In this document: positions 1 to 13,500 of the stretch, in pieces
Layout: every line of letters starts with the position of its first letter
Position numbering within the stretch: the stretch's first letter is position 1
Assembly (NCBI RefSeq): GCF_009914755.1
Contig: NC_060938.1
Length of the DNA stretch: 64,000 nt
Direction: 5' to 3' (one strand)
Source: the human T2T-CHM13v2.0 reference genome, Homo sapiens
Notes under the pieces: generated by a model
Told to the model about the DNA's origin: nothing
Seen by the model: the letters and a program-made list of their open reading frames with translations, nothing else
Databases searched by the model: none
Program-made: the position numbers and the translations under genes

Positions 1-2399
1 ACATTCACTTTGGAGGGTCAGGGACTAGATTTTTATGGAAAGCATTAATTCAAAGAGTCTGTTTTTCTTGGATTTATTTGTTTGTGAGGACAAAGAGAGA
101 AGCTTGCAATTTATAATTTCCATTGAGCAGTGACCTAGCCTTAAAGAGATGTTTTACTTATTTATAAAGAATAATTATTTGCTGGTGTGAAGGAGGAATG
201 CATTCTAATGAAGGCATATATTTTAAAGGTTGAGGTGGAAAAGAGGAAACAAAAGTTGCCAAAATTTAAACTATTTACACTTGGGTGATTTAGTGTGAAG
301 GAGATAAAACATTCCTCAAACTGGTATAGTACTTAGGATAGCAGTGAGCTGCGATTTATAATAACGTTTTATATGCTGCATCGTAACTCTTGAAATTCAA
401 GCTTGTAAATCAGGAATCATCTTATCAGGGTAAGATCTCATCAGTACCGAGACATTTTTAAGGCTATAAAGTTGTTCGTAATTTATGCATGTGAATATAA
501 TACATGAGCAAGAAAACTTCAACTATCTGGAACTTAAAGGAAATTATTTTGGATAAAGGGGGGCCGCTTCTTTAATCACCAAACTTTTTCTTTTTTATTT
601 AAATCATTTTGGAAAGAATTTTTTGTGTGGAAGATAATTGAGCCTTTTCTTTATGACTTAGCAGCATCATTATGTATGCGTTTCATTACCATGAAAATAA
701 TATGGTGTGATATCCTTAGGGACCATTGGACTATGAGAACAGCTTTGACTATATACCAAATTGGCCTAGATTATAGTGCCTTTTGAGGGCTTTTTTTTCC
801 TGTTGTTTATCTCCCCCCACCGCTTTTTTCTATTCCCCCTTACTGTCAGCTATAACTCCTCGGTGCTATTACTGTTTCTGGGACTCCTCTTTAATTCGCT
901 GCTTCAGATATGCTTTCAGCTGGGACACCTAGGTTTGTTGGAACAATATATAAGCTAAGCATAAACAAAATCTGACAGAGGACAAAAGGGCTTCTCTATG
1001 AATAAAATATTTGAACATGATGACATCATTTTTGACTCTTCAGAGAGACTTTTCACAGTTTTCTTGGTTACATCTGCATTTTAGATGAGTAAAATATTCT
1101 TACGTAAGGCCCAGGGCCACGCTGTAGAATAAGTTAACTTGTCTGTCCATATGTGTGCTCTTGGAAGTGTGTTTATATCGGATTCCCTGACCTATAGTGA
1201 TACTATGCCAAGACGAAATGCTCATCGTAATGATACCTTTAGAAACCTGGGGAAAACACCTACTTGTCTAATTTCCTTTGCAGTGCTTGCTGCTGAAAAT
1301 TTTTTAGCCTACGTTTTTTAGACTGAATATGTAAATAAAATCTTTGATGGTTCTACATAAAACTTTCAGGGAGCAAGCCTCCCCATTTAAGGTAATACAA
1401 GGTTCTGGGTACTCCAAACTTTAAATGTAAACAAAATTATTACAGTAGTAAAATTCCCAAAGCGATTTTATTTCTTTCGCTCACTAAATTTCTTAGTGTG
1501 GTTCAGTTGCTTGGCTTGACCTCTTAACTAAAATAAGTTTGCCGGCATCTCTCCATAATGATACTTATCTTTACAAAGATAAATATGGCCGTATTTCTAA
1601 AAAATTCAGATTAAGGATGTAGGCTACCAGGATTTATGAAGACTATTTTTCTTTTCAAATATTTGATCAGTATCATGGAATGTAGTTAGACACCTTGGAA
1701 AGCCATTAAATAGAAATACTTCATGAGTTTTAGGGGAAGAAAGGCAAATACATAGAGGACAGTGTGTTAGATGTTTCAACCATGTACACAACTGATCATT
1801 TGGGGCCAGGGAAGCTGATTTTTATGTTTTAAAATTAATCCAACGTAGATTAACCATGTCACGTCCCCTTAACCACAGGCGTATGAATCTCAGGGTAGAC
1901 AGCTGTTTGGATGTCTCATACTGGGACTGCTGCCCTCAACAAACGCTTCCGATTCTTCTACATGGTCACTTGGCAGCATCTATGTGCACCCATATGGCTG
2001 GATGGCATCATGCCTGTTTACAAGTCAGTTGAATTGTTTCACTAGGACCCAGGTGCCAAGCAAACACGGGTTGGTCTAACTGGCTCCTGAACTATGCAGC
2101 TTCTTTCTCAGAAATAACAACAAAAAATCCTTTATAATGACCTGCAAGGTTATGCCAATATATTTATTGGCATTTCATTGCTTTCCCTAACAATTAGATA
2201 CTTTGTCTGTAAAGACAACAAAGGAAAGAAGAAGAATGCAATTCTCCTTCAATTACTAAGCAAATAATACAGAATGCAGCAAAATGTACAGATTTGGGCT
2301 GTCACCTGTGGCTGCAATATGCATACAATAGTCAGAGCATCTGCAGTCCTGGTTGAAGACAGAAAACAGAATGGGGCATTGGTGGGTATTTCATGATGC

Positions 2400-2520
2400 T
2401 GAGACTGGTCATTTAACTTTTCTTTTTAACCAGTTTCACTATTTGAAGTGCAAACAGTAGTTTTCACATCGAAATTTTGAACATAAATGAGATGATACAT
2501 ATGAAGTGTTCTGAGTGCCT
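2400..2520 (+). mobile_element. MIR SINE fragment
   Basis: cagtttc...taaatgagatgatacatatgaagtg...gtgcct resembles the MIR core and 3' end. Confidence 0.55.
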
Positions 2521-2669
2521 TGAAATAATTTTATGGATTTATGTGTCTACTATATGCTTTGATAAAGAAGAAAATTGTGCAGTTGCCCTGGAATTAGCAA
2601 ACAGATGTTTAACATTTTCATGATACTTTTCTTTTGCTCTTTCTAAAGAGCTGATTTTTATATACTACT

Positions 2670-2875
2670 TTAATTTATAAAGCACTTTTACCTATATTGT
2701 TATATTTAGTTCACATGCAAACCTTATGAAGTAAGTAGGTCAAGTATTATTTTTAATTTCATTTTACAAATATGGAAACTAGGGCTCAGAGCAGTATTTT
2801 GACTTATCCTGAGGTTGTCTAACAAGTTTAAATGAGAAAACTGAGACTCATACCCAGACTTTTTTTCCTGGGAGT
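2670..2875 (-). mobile_element. MIR SINE
   Basis: cattttacaaatatggaaactagggctcagag is the reverse MIR core. Confidence 0.75.
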
Positions 2876-3948
2876 CCATTGCATTTAGTATGGAAGAATC
2901 CTTGAGAGAGTGTGCTCATTTGGGTGGATTGGTTTCATTTCATTATTAAGTAAAGCCTCCAAACAGTTAAGAAGTTGATTGAAAAATATATAACATACTC
3001 AATAAAAGTTACTTGAGTAGAATACTCTAGATGTGACATAACTAAATCTGTATCACTTCTAACTAATTCCCACTTATAAACACTGGCATGGCTTCAAGTC
3101 CATTTTATTGAAGCAATTTGGAAGAAATCAGAAAAGTCATAAGTAAAGGAGTTTTGAAGGAGATGTGGCCTCATTTGACTATAATTTTCCTCTTTTAGAT
3201 AGGATATGTGTCAAAATTCTCCCCTGGAAAATTTTGAATCAAAGTATCATGTAAATGGAAGAGAGAAATCTTAGGTAGATTATAAAATAAATTCTTAATG
3301 TTGAATATGAATAAAGTGTTGAAAAGTTGACTTGCCATTGAGTCAATGTTTGACATGTGAATATTTGGAAATAGAAAGTCAGTATGGCAGGTTCACTTTG
3401 TCTTATTATTAGCACAGTACAAACATCCTACTGTTATGTTCATATTTATAATAGTGTTTTATTATGACCTCTTTTTTCACTTTTAAGAGCTTTGTTGAAG
3501 TATATTTTATATACTGTGCAATTCACTGATTATAAGTGTATGGTTAGAAAATTTTTAGTAAATTTATAGTTATGCGACCATCACCACAATCCAGCTTTTA
3601 AAACACTTCCATCATCATATAAAGTTCCTTCATGCCTACCTGCAGTCAATCCCTGCCCCCAACCACAATCCCAGGCAAACAGCAATCTACTTTGCATTTC
3701 TCTGTAGTTCTGCCTTTTCTAGAAAATTCATGTAAGTGTAATCTTATAAGATGTAGTCTTCTGTGCTTGACTGCTTTTACTTAGCGTAGTGTTGTGGGGG
3801 TTAATTCAAGTTATTTTATATGTCTGCATGTTGGGGGTCTCCAGTAGTCTTATTTAACCAGGTTCCCCAGGGACATCTTTCACCTTCAGTCTGATTCGAG
3901 TCAAAGATGAGTCTTAGGCACCATCTGATGTTCAGGCAGTTTATTCTT

Positions 3949-4305
3949 TTTACAAAATTTTAATTTTAATTTTTTTTATTTCAGTAGGATTTTGGGGAAC
4001 CAGTTGTGTTTGGTTAGTATTGGTTTTTGAGATTTTGGTACACCCATTGCTTGAGCAGCGTATACTTTATCCAAAGTGTAGTATTTTATCCCTCGCCATC
4101 CCCCAACCTTTCCCCACAGTTCAATGTATCATTCTTATGTCTTTGCATCCTCATAGCTTAGCTGCCGCATGTGAGTGAGAATATGTGATGTTTGGTTTTC
4201 CATTTCTGAGTTACTTCACTTAGAATAACAGTCTCAAATTCCATCCAGGTTGCAATGAATGCCATTATTTTGTTTCTTGCTATGGCTTAGTGGTATTCCA
4301 TTGTG

Positions 4306-4346
<41 letters not shown>

Positions 4347-4538
4347 CACATTTTCTTTATCCTATTGTTGATTGATGGGCACTTGGGCTGGTTCCATGTT
4401 TTTGCAATTGCAAATTGTGCTGCTGTAAACTTATGCATGTTCAACTATCTTTTTTGTATAAAGACTTCTTTTCCTCTGGGTAGATACCTAGAAGTGGGAG
4501 AGTCCTTAAAGAACTAAAAGTAGATTTACCATTTGATC
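3949..4538 (-). mobile_element. 5'-truncated L1PB (L1PB1-like) with short 5' inversion and 16-bp TSD
   Basis: Antisense L1PB 3' end (tttggggaac..., cattcttatgtctttgcatcctcatagcttagct); TSD caggcagtttattctt at 3933-3948 and 4539-4554. Confidence 0.9.
4302..4344 (+). repeat. (TG)n microsatellite inside the L1PB
   Basis: Direct reading; one CG interruption. Confidence 0.95.
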
Positions 4539-4933
4539 CAGGCAGTTTATTCTTATAGTGATGGACTGCAGGATCAGGTTTAAAATGGCATGGGCTAGGT
4601 ACATTCAGGGGTCAAATGACTGCCTGACTGAGAGTGTCTCTTGGTAGTAACTCTTCTCAGAGTTTGGGGGATTCTCCCTGCTTTTATACCCATATTGAGT
4701 CTGAGTCAGATGTCAGGCATTTTGTTTGTAAGAGAATTTAAACTATTCTTGTAAGATAAGCTTTAAGGTTCCTGAAAGTTGCATCTGTTCCGAAGTGGCC
4801 TTGTCTCCCTCCAGGGCAAGGAGAGCTTTTAGGTTCTGTTTTCATAAAGACCCATTAATCCCCTGGTCAGGGTTGGAAGTTCCCAGGCCAGTTTGCATCA
4901 TACTGCTAAGTGACACATAGTTTAGGCCTTGCG

Positions 4934-5007
4934 GGACGTTTGAGTGGGCCTTTTGGCTGTTAGTAATCTTGGACGTTTGAGTGGACCTTCTGGCTGTTAG
5001 TAATCTT
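4934..5007 (+). repeat. 37-bp tandem duplication (2 copies, 2 mismatches)
   Basis: ggacgtttgagtggRccttYtggctgttagtaatctt at 4934-4970 and 4971-5007. Confidence 0.95.
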
Positions 5008-5427
5008 ATAATATGCCCCTTATAGCATACTACAGTCCATAGTTTGTTCCTCTTATTATTGCTGAGAAGTATTTCATTGAATGGATGTACCATGTTTTGT
5101 TTATTTATTTACCAGTTGTTGGACATTTGGATTGTTTCTGTTTTGGGTTATTTTGAATAATACTGCTGTAAACATTCATGTAGAAATCTTTGTGTGAAAA
5201 ATGTGTTTCTGTTACTCTTGAATAGATTTCTAGTAGTGAAATTGCTGAGCTGTGTGGTAAACGCATGTTTAATTTTTAAAGAAAATGCAAAACTTTCTAA
5301 AGTCATCAGATCAGACCATTTTACATTCTCACCAGCAATGTGTGAGGGTTCCAGGTTTTTTGTCTTTTATTATAGCCATTCTATTTCATGTGTACTGTTA
5401 TCTCATTATGGTTTTAATTTGTATTTT

Positions 5428-6088
5428 CTATTAGTTTTTCTGTTGCTGTGTAACAAATTACCACAAACATAGCAGCTTAAAACAACATTCTTTTTATTCA
5501 CAGTTTCCATGGGTTAGGAATCTGATTATAGGTTAACTAGGGTCTCTGTACAGGGTCTCACTGGGCTGAAATTAAACTTGCATGGGACTGCAGTCTCATT
5601 TGAGGAGTTCCTCCTCCAGGCTCACTGGTTGTTGACAGAAATCAATTCCTTGATTTTGTAGGACAGAAGTCTCCATTTTCTTTTTGGCTATCAGCTAGGG
5701 ACTGCTCTTAGCTTCTACAGGCCACCCTAGAGGGGTCCTTGCCTTGTGGCTCCTTCCAGAGGAAGTTCACCACCTGGTTGGTTGCAAAAGAATCCTTCTC
5801 ACTTTTATTCTCTTTCAGGAAATACTTGGACCCTCTTTTAAAGGGCTTACCTGATTAGGACACCTGCCAAGGATGATTTCCTTTTTGATTAACTCAAAGT
5901 CAACTGATTAGGGACCTTAATCACATCTGCAAAATCTCTTCACCCTTGCCACATTATTTAACCTAATCCTGGGAGTAAAATCCCATCCTATTCACAAATA
6001 TTGCCTACACTCAAAAAGAGGAGATGTACATGATCTGTACTCCAGAGAGTGAGAATCTTGGAAGCCATCTTAGAATTCTGCCTACCAA
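5428..6088 (-). mobile_element. MaLR LTR, MLT1 (MLT1E/D-like)
   Basis: attagtt...gctgtgtaacaaattaccacaaac...gcttaaaacaaca start and gccatcttagaattctgcctacca end. Confidence 0.85.
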
Positions 6089-7799
6089 AATTTTGTTAAT
6101 GACTGATACTGTGGACCATCTTTTCAGGTACTTATTAGCCTTCCTTATTATCTTCTTTGGAGAAATTCTATTCAAATATTTTGCCCATTTTTTATTGGGT
6201 TGTTTGTCTTTGTCTTATTCAATTACCAAAGGCCTGTATATACTATGGACTCAAATCTTTTGTCAGATATATGATTAGCAAATATTTTCCCCAGTCTGTG
6301 GCTTGTGTTTTCATTTTCTCAAAGGTGTTTTTTGAAGAACAGAGGTTTTAATTTTAATGAGGTCTATTTTGTCATTTATTTCTTTTATGGATCATACTTC
6401 AGGTGTCATATCAGAGAAATCTTTGCATAATATGAAGTCAAAACAATTTTATGTTTTGTTTCAGAATTTTACAGTTTTAGCTCTTCAGTTTAGGTCCATG
6501 ATCCACTTTGAATTAATTTTTGCTCATGATATGCCCAAAATTTACTCAAGTGTCCATGTTTGTTTATTTATACTTTTGGCATACATGTATCCAATTGTTC
6601 CAGAAACATTGTTGGAAAGATAATCTTTTTTCTATTGAATAGCCTTGACACCTCTGTTGCATATCAATTGACTATACACATGAGGTTTTGTTTCTGAACT
6701 CTCTCTTGTTCTATTGACATATGTAGACACATATGCCAATACCACTTTGTCTTGATTTCTGTACCTTTATAGTACATTTTAAAATCAGGTAGTGTAAGTC
6801 CTATGACTTTGTTCTTTTTAAAAATTGCTTTCACTATTCTAGATTATTTGTATTTTCATACAAAGTTTAGGATAAATTTGTTAGTTTCTATAAAAATTCC
6901 TGCTGGAATTTTTATAGAAATTCCACTGAATCTATAGATCAGTTTGAGCATATTTGCTGTTTGAATACTGAGTCTCTCAACCTGTGAACATGGCATATCT
7001 CTTATTTATTTAAATCTTTAAAAATATTTATCAGCAATGTTTTGTGTCAGTGTACACACAGGTCTTGTACTTTTGTTTGTTAAATTTATTACTTATCAGT
7101 TTATTCATTTTGATGATCATTGTGAATAGAATTTAATTTTCAAATATTTGCTAGTATATTGAAATACAGTTGATTCTTATATACTGATCTTTTGTCCTGA
7201 AACCTTGTGTAACTAACTTGTGGATTATTTCTAGGAATTTTTTTTTTGTAGATTTCTTAGGTTTTTTTTAATGTATTAGGAGCATGTTATCTGTGAATAA
7301 ATATTTTACTAATTCATTTTTAATCTCTATAGCTTCAATGTCTTTTTCTTGCCTTATTACATTGGTTAGAACCTCTAGTACAGTGCTGAAGAAAGAGCTC
7401 TTCAAAGAGCAAACCGGATAACTTTTGATGTAGCTTCAAGACAAAAGGGGAATCACACCTGTTGTGTGAGTTGGCTTCTTAGATATAAATTTTATTTCTG
7501 AATATTTTAATGATAATCTTCTGTCTAAGGCTCTTTGCTTTCTTCCTAAGAATTGTGCTGAATCTGGTTTTTGTGTTAACAATTATAAAAACATTTATGG
7601 GGGAATACTGGAGAGTTCTTTTTAAGTCTTAGCCAAGATCTCAGTGGTTCCAAATCCATAGAGATCGTTGTTGCTTTGTGTCTGTAATGTTACTAACTCT
7701 TTTAGGTGTGTTTTGGTATACTGTCATAACTTGCAGTTGATTACGGCACATTTGTCTCTCAAATCTTTTCCTTTTCTTTTCTTTTTCCAAGGAAGAAAT

Positions 7800-7980
7800 G
7801 AAAGGCATATTGGCCTGAAAGTCAGAAGACCTGAAATTTAGTTGCTAGCTAGCTGTTTGACTTTTGGCAAATCTCTTGACTGCTCTGAACCTTTTTTCTT
7901 TTTTCTATCTGCGTAGTAAGATAATTCTTATACTGCATTATTAAAGACCATTCTGTGTTTTAACATTTTATGGTTATGAG
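7800..7980 (+). mobile_element. MIR3-like SINE
   Basis: agtcagaagacctg...ttggcaaatctcttgactgctctgaacct. Confidence 0.6.
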
Positions 7981-9488
7981 AACATACTATTTAATGCATC
8001 TTAAATAAAATTAATCTTTAAAAGACTTTTAATTCAAATTTGTTTGCCATTATACATTTTATTAGGGAATTGAAAAAGCTCTAATTGCAGAAGATATCCC
8101 ATACTCAAACAAAAATTCTTTACAAACAGTATGGTCATTAATAGGCAAAATTTAGGAATTTGCATTAGGCTTTCTGAAAAATCACATATTCTGAAGCTCA
8201 TACATCTTCTCTTATTTCTGTTAATAATAACATAACTCATTATTGCAAGCATCTTCAAGGAACTCACCAAAGTTATTTTGCTTACTGGGATTTTGTGCCA
8301 TATTATATTTTGTGAGTAATAATTTTTCAGTAACGTCGAATTTTGTTTTAATTGTATTTGTGTTTGGCCTAACAGAAATTAACCCCGTAATTAATGTGTA
8401 ATAATACATACCATAAAGTTTTCTGTTAGCCTGCCATTTATTTATTATTGTTACACTAAATGTTATTATAATAATGATAAATCTAAATATAGCACATGAT
8501 TGCATTTCAACCCTGATTCAAATTGACCTTTCAACTGAAGAGAGTTGTGCTGTCTCATTTAAGATGACAATTATAGGACCTTAAAGTTCTGGGGGTGATC
8601 TGTTTTATTTTCCTGGGGGTGGGGAAGCAGTGGGCAAAGCACAGTACAGCAGCATCAGCTTACAGTGTTTAGCAGTAGCTCAGCTTTTTCAAAGCCTCTT
8701 TTTTCAAGAGATGCTAAAAGGGTGTTCAAAAAAGATGAAAGCTACATGATTAAAATGAAGCATGCCATAATGTTTAACTGGCAGTTTATGCTACATAGTC
8801 TATATACTCTGGTCTAATCATCTTGTATTGTGTCTGACTAGTTTATAGTGGTTGAAAGTTTCTTGGCCAGAAAGGACCTTGTAAAATTAGTTCTTATTAG
8901 AAAAAGTATGGATGGCTGCAAAATTTGGAGACAGGCTGATTTTAGTCCTGTCAAATGACATAAATAAATAATCAGCATGACAGTTGAGGTCTAATTTGGA
9001 GAAAAAAAATCAAGTGGTGTTTGTCTTTAGAAATTCCTAATGGATAGGATTCCCATCAAAGTAGCATTTCAGTTCTTTGTTTAGATTTGGCCTTAAATCC
9101 ATGTTTTAAGAAAATCTAATGTCTATATGAGTGTATATTTAAGACTTTATGTGTAATATATGACACATAAAATATAATATATTGGGATATTTAAATTAAC
9201 AGTATCCAGGATATCAGTGTGTAAAATTTAAAGTCATAAAACCATGTGAGGCAGAGACAACAAGTTTAACTATTTTCTTTCCATCTGATGGTTGGACTGG
9301 TTTGGTTTTGGCATTTTTAGTTTTTTTATTCCTATTGGTGATACCTATGGTTTCCATTTTTTGAATAAGGAAACATATAGTTGTTTTATTCATAGCTTAT
9401 TACACAGAGTGAGCTTATATCAGAATAGTTTTTGGTTTTTATATATAAGATTTGTTCAGTTTCTTCTTAAGTATCAATATTTTTTCCT

Positions 9489-9817
<329 letters not shown>

Positions 9818-12800
9818 TTAATTTATTAGTTATTAACACTGCCCACTACCACTTGAATATTATTTATAGGTTAAATGATAAAACATGAAAGTACCCAAAT
9901 ACATTGTTATGGTGAAAATGATGAGAGTTTTCTGAAAGTTCTAAATTTTTCATCCTAAAACACAGCCTTCCCCGATCAGCTCTGTAAAATTCTACTTTGA
10001 CATGCTAATGGGTTGTTTCTACAGATACAGTTTTCCTAGATAGTATTCCTTATATCAATTATCCGAATAATCTTTAGACTGTTAGTTCAAGGTGCTTGCG
10101 AAAGAAATCTAAAAATAGAGCAAAAAGGAAACAGTTTTATTCTTGTGATCTTACGTAAAAATTATTGTGTCTTTTAGTGAAAGAGCCATACCATACCACT
10201 GTCACCTTATACTAAAACAAACAAACACAAAAAAGAACAAACAAATATACAGATGTTCCAAGATATTTTATTTCTTGGTTGCTTTGATCTCACTTTTCAT
10301 GTGTAGTATGTAATACATAGTTGAACTGTGCCAAACTCTACTTCAACAGGGAAAATTTTCTTTGACCTGTAAATTGCATGCATGTGTTACTTCCAATTAA
10401 TCTTTATAAGCTAGTGAAAGGGAATGTAGTGGCTTTGATAGTTTGACAGTTTTAAAAACAAATTATCTTCAACTAGATCAACTTCTGAAATTAGGGAAGC
10501 CACACGCCATCTCAAAACTATACATTTTAGTGGTACCTGCTGAGTTTTGGGTGTTTATAACTTGGCCATAAAAATTCTTTCCAGCCTGAAATCTAAAGTC
10601 TCAACCCAGCAGGAATTTTAAAACAAAATTTACCTAACGTTATTTCTTTTTTGTTCTGTAAGAACAGAAATAGAAAGCTTAAAGTCCTGGACATGACTTT
10701 ATGGAAAAATTTTATTTTTTTATTTTATTTTTTATTTTTTTAAACAAAACTGTGTAGGCCATTTGTCGTGCTATGGACTAGTGTCCTTGTAAATTACAGA
10801 GAGGGAGAGGGAGAGGGAAAGGGATGCGGGAGGGAAGTGGGGATGGCAGAGTGGGGCGATCTGGGTATAAATGGGAAGGGCTGGTTCCTCACAGGCTTAT
10901 TGGGTGAATGCGTTTTTGATTAGGAAATGCAGTGATACCTGTACTTTTAGGCTGTCATCTGACAGGTGTTGATTGGCTACACTGATCTCTGTAGCTTCTT
11001 GTCTTGGGTTCTGTCTATGTTGCTCTGCATCTTGTGTTGGTTTGAGAAAGATTCCATGTAGCACAGTTAGGTCCATAAAAGGTAAGAAATAATTTTGGAG
11101 AGATTAGAAGGGTTCATTGAAAGCACTTGTCATTAGTTTAATTTTGGCCACTTCAGAATCATTCTAAGTAAGGTTCTCTTAAGCATAGTTTATCTTTGAA
11201 GTCCTTTTTTAAAATTTCAGTCGTCGTTTCTGGTTTGTTACTGTCTTGTATGCCATTCCGTACCTCATCACGATGCCCTGGGAGACAAGATTTTCCTATT
11301 TCCTCTCTTCCTTGGTCTAATCGCCAACCTTTTTCTCACTTTCAGTGTCTTCCACGTGTCCTGACAGAAATATTGGGTCTAACATATCGCAAATAAATTA
11401 TTTTTAAGGGAGGGAAATTCATGGAGACACAAAGGGGTTGTAGGACAGAAGAAAAACAGTTTGGAGAAAGAGCTTGTGGAAGCCCTCTGTGTGTTGAGGT
11501 GATCATAAGCTGTGAATTGCCCAGGAACAGTTCTTCAAATAGAACTGCTTGTTATACTGCCCAGGAATATGGGAGACAAGGGTGTCAGAGGCAAAACTGC
11601 TTAAACCTACCAGTGTAAAGCTGTTAAGTGTGCCCATACATCGGTGGCCACAGAATGTGTGTGGTCCTGTTTGCAGTTCACCTTTGCATCTGTTCCTGGA
11701 GCAATGTCTCAGATACCTGCAAGCAATTATGCCATTTGGATAGGTTACCTGGTGTGAAGCTCCTCTGGCCCAGCCTTTCCACATGGCAACCTGCTGGCTT
11801 TTATTTCTCTGCTCTGCAGCAGGTCAGCTTTAACATCTCAAGGGTGGTTTTGCAGAGTGTGAATTTTAACTTGATAAGCCTGTGTGTTTTTCATAAAGTG
11901 TTTGCACTTAATGTATTAACATGATTATTTTATAAATTGACCTGACATTTCCATTGTTTCCTCCTTGTATTATCTTGCTTTGGCGCATGCTTTAATAGTT
12001 TTTATAAAGTTTATTGCCCCCTGCTGCTCACTATCTTGGTATGCCGTGTGTTGTTCTTTGTATCCTGCTGGGGTGCAGTTTAATGAATTATTTTTCAATG
12101 AGAATGATATGATTTTTACTGCCTGCCCACAGAGATAGTGATTTTAATATAGTATTTGTTTATTCACTACCCTCTCCCATTTTTTAGCCCATATGTGTCA
12201 TTATTACTAGTATCTGAGTGTCACGAGGCATTGGCTGTCCAAGCTCAATGCCATGCATGTAATGTCTCTTTTGTTGCATGTTTAATTCTTTATCTCTTCT
12301 AATCTTCTCCCTGGATTTCTATCTTCAATTCCATTTCAGACAGTTCAGCTTTTATGCCAACATCTGTACATTTGCTTTGCATTGAAATTCCGCAAATAAC
12401 ATCTTTGCTGCTGGTGGTCTCTTGCTCAGTAATTGAATCCACACATCCCTAGGATGTGTTTTGTGGGGTGATTTCGCAACTTTAGGTCTTTGTCAAACTG
12501 GGGCTTATTTGAAACTCTATTGAAATGAGTCAGGGTTTGTTTTGTGAGCACTTTAACTCCCTCCTGCTTTCTTTTTTTCTCATCGTCCCCAACATTACAG
12601 CATAACTGTTTTATCTTGATCTGATTGAATTGTAGAGATTCTCATTTCTATTTCCAGAAATGTAGTTAATGTTTAGGTGCCACCTCTGCTACTATATCCA
12701 ATTCCTTTCCATTTAATCTTTTTCCCCTGTATGATTTCTGTACATACATCACCATCACTCTCTTTTCTGTCTGGCCCCCTACCATTCCATGTTCCCCAGT

Positions 12801-12979
12801 GTTAGGCTTAAGTAAAATAATGTCGGCATTCATGACAAGGGATATCTCAAACCTGGAATGCTTCTGGAACATTCTTCGGATTCAGCTCCTTAAATATTTA
12901 AAATGTTCCAGTAATTAGGGGGACATCTTGATATTTGCTAGGCAAGGTCTCGTTCGTGGTTTGAAAACAAAATCTACCA

Positions 12980-13500
12980 GGTATATCATTTAAAATATAT
13001 TTGGCTGCAAATAACAGAATACGTAACATGCAGTTGTATAAGCAATACCGTGATGGAATTATCCGTGTAGAAGTTTGTAGGTAGGCAGCCCTAGGCAGTG
13101 CAGCAGCTCAGCAAGGTCAGCCAGGACCTAGGTCTGCTCTGGCGTCCTCAGTGCATTGTCTTTTCCACTCAAAACTTGTCGCCTCGTGCAAATATTTCTG
13201 GTAGCACCAAGTGTCAGATCCTTACCCAATAGCTTTTAAGGAAATGTGAAGAAGTGTGAAGGATTCCCTGAAAGTTGCACAGGAGAGTTCCCTTTACGTG
13301 TTGTGACGCAGAACTGGGTCATATTCCCATACTTAGAGTGATACAAATATGGGGGGATGAAATTAGCATGAGTGGCTTAAAACTGATTATTATTCATTTC
13401 CCAGCAATGAGCACATTACCTGCCCCCAAAAATGATGATTTTCTTTGCAAAGGAGAGAGGATAGAACAACAAACTTGGTTTCTTTTGGATAGACAACATA
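12980..13500 (-). mobile_element. Old MaLR LTR (MLT1J/K-like)
   Basis: tttggctgcaaataacagaa...; cagaactgggtcata...; gcacattacctgccc. Confidence 0.55.

Larger units (their letters stand above)
3829..5034 (-). mobile_element. Probable solo ERV LTR (family unassigned), split by an L1PB insertion
   Basis: Non-L1 sequence with TG...CA-type ends, reverse polyA signal (tttatt) and reverse TATA (ttttata); continuous across the L1 target duplication. Confidence 0.55.
3475..7395 (-). mobile_element. Old L1 (L1MB7/8-like) 3' region, interrupted by an LTR and an MLT1
   Basis: Antisense L1M 3'UTR/ORF2 motifs (gctttgttgaagtata..., ttgttggacatttggattgtttc, tttaggtccatgatccactttgaattaattttt) in segments ~3475-3825, ~5035-5425 and ~6089-7395. 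Confidence 0.85.

Noticed and set aside
5194-6623. Hydrophobic ORF cluster
   Set aside because: Translations of T-rich antisense L1 and MLT1 sequence.
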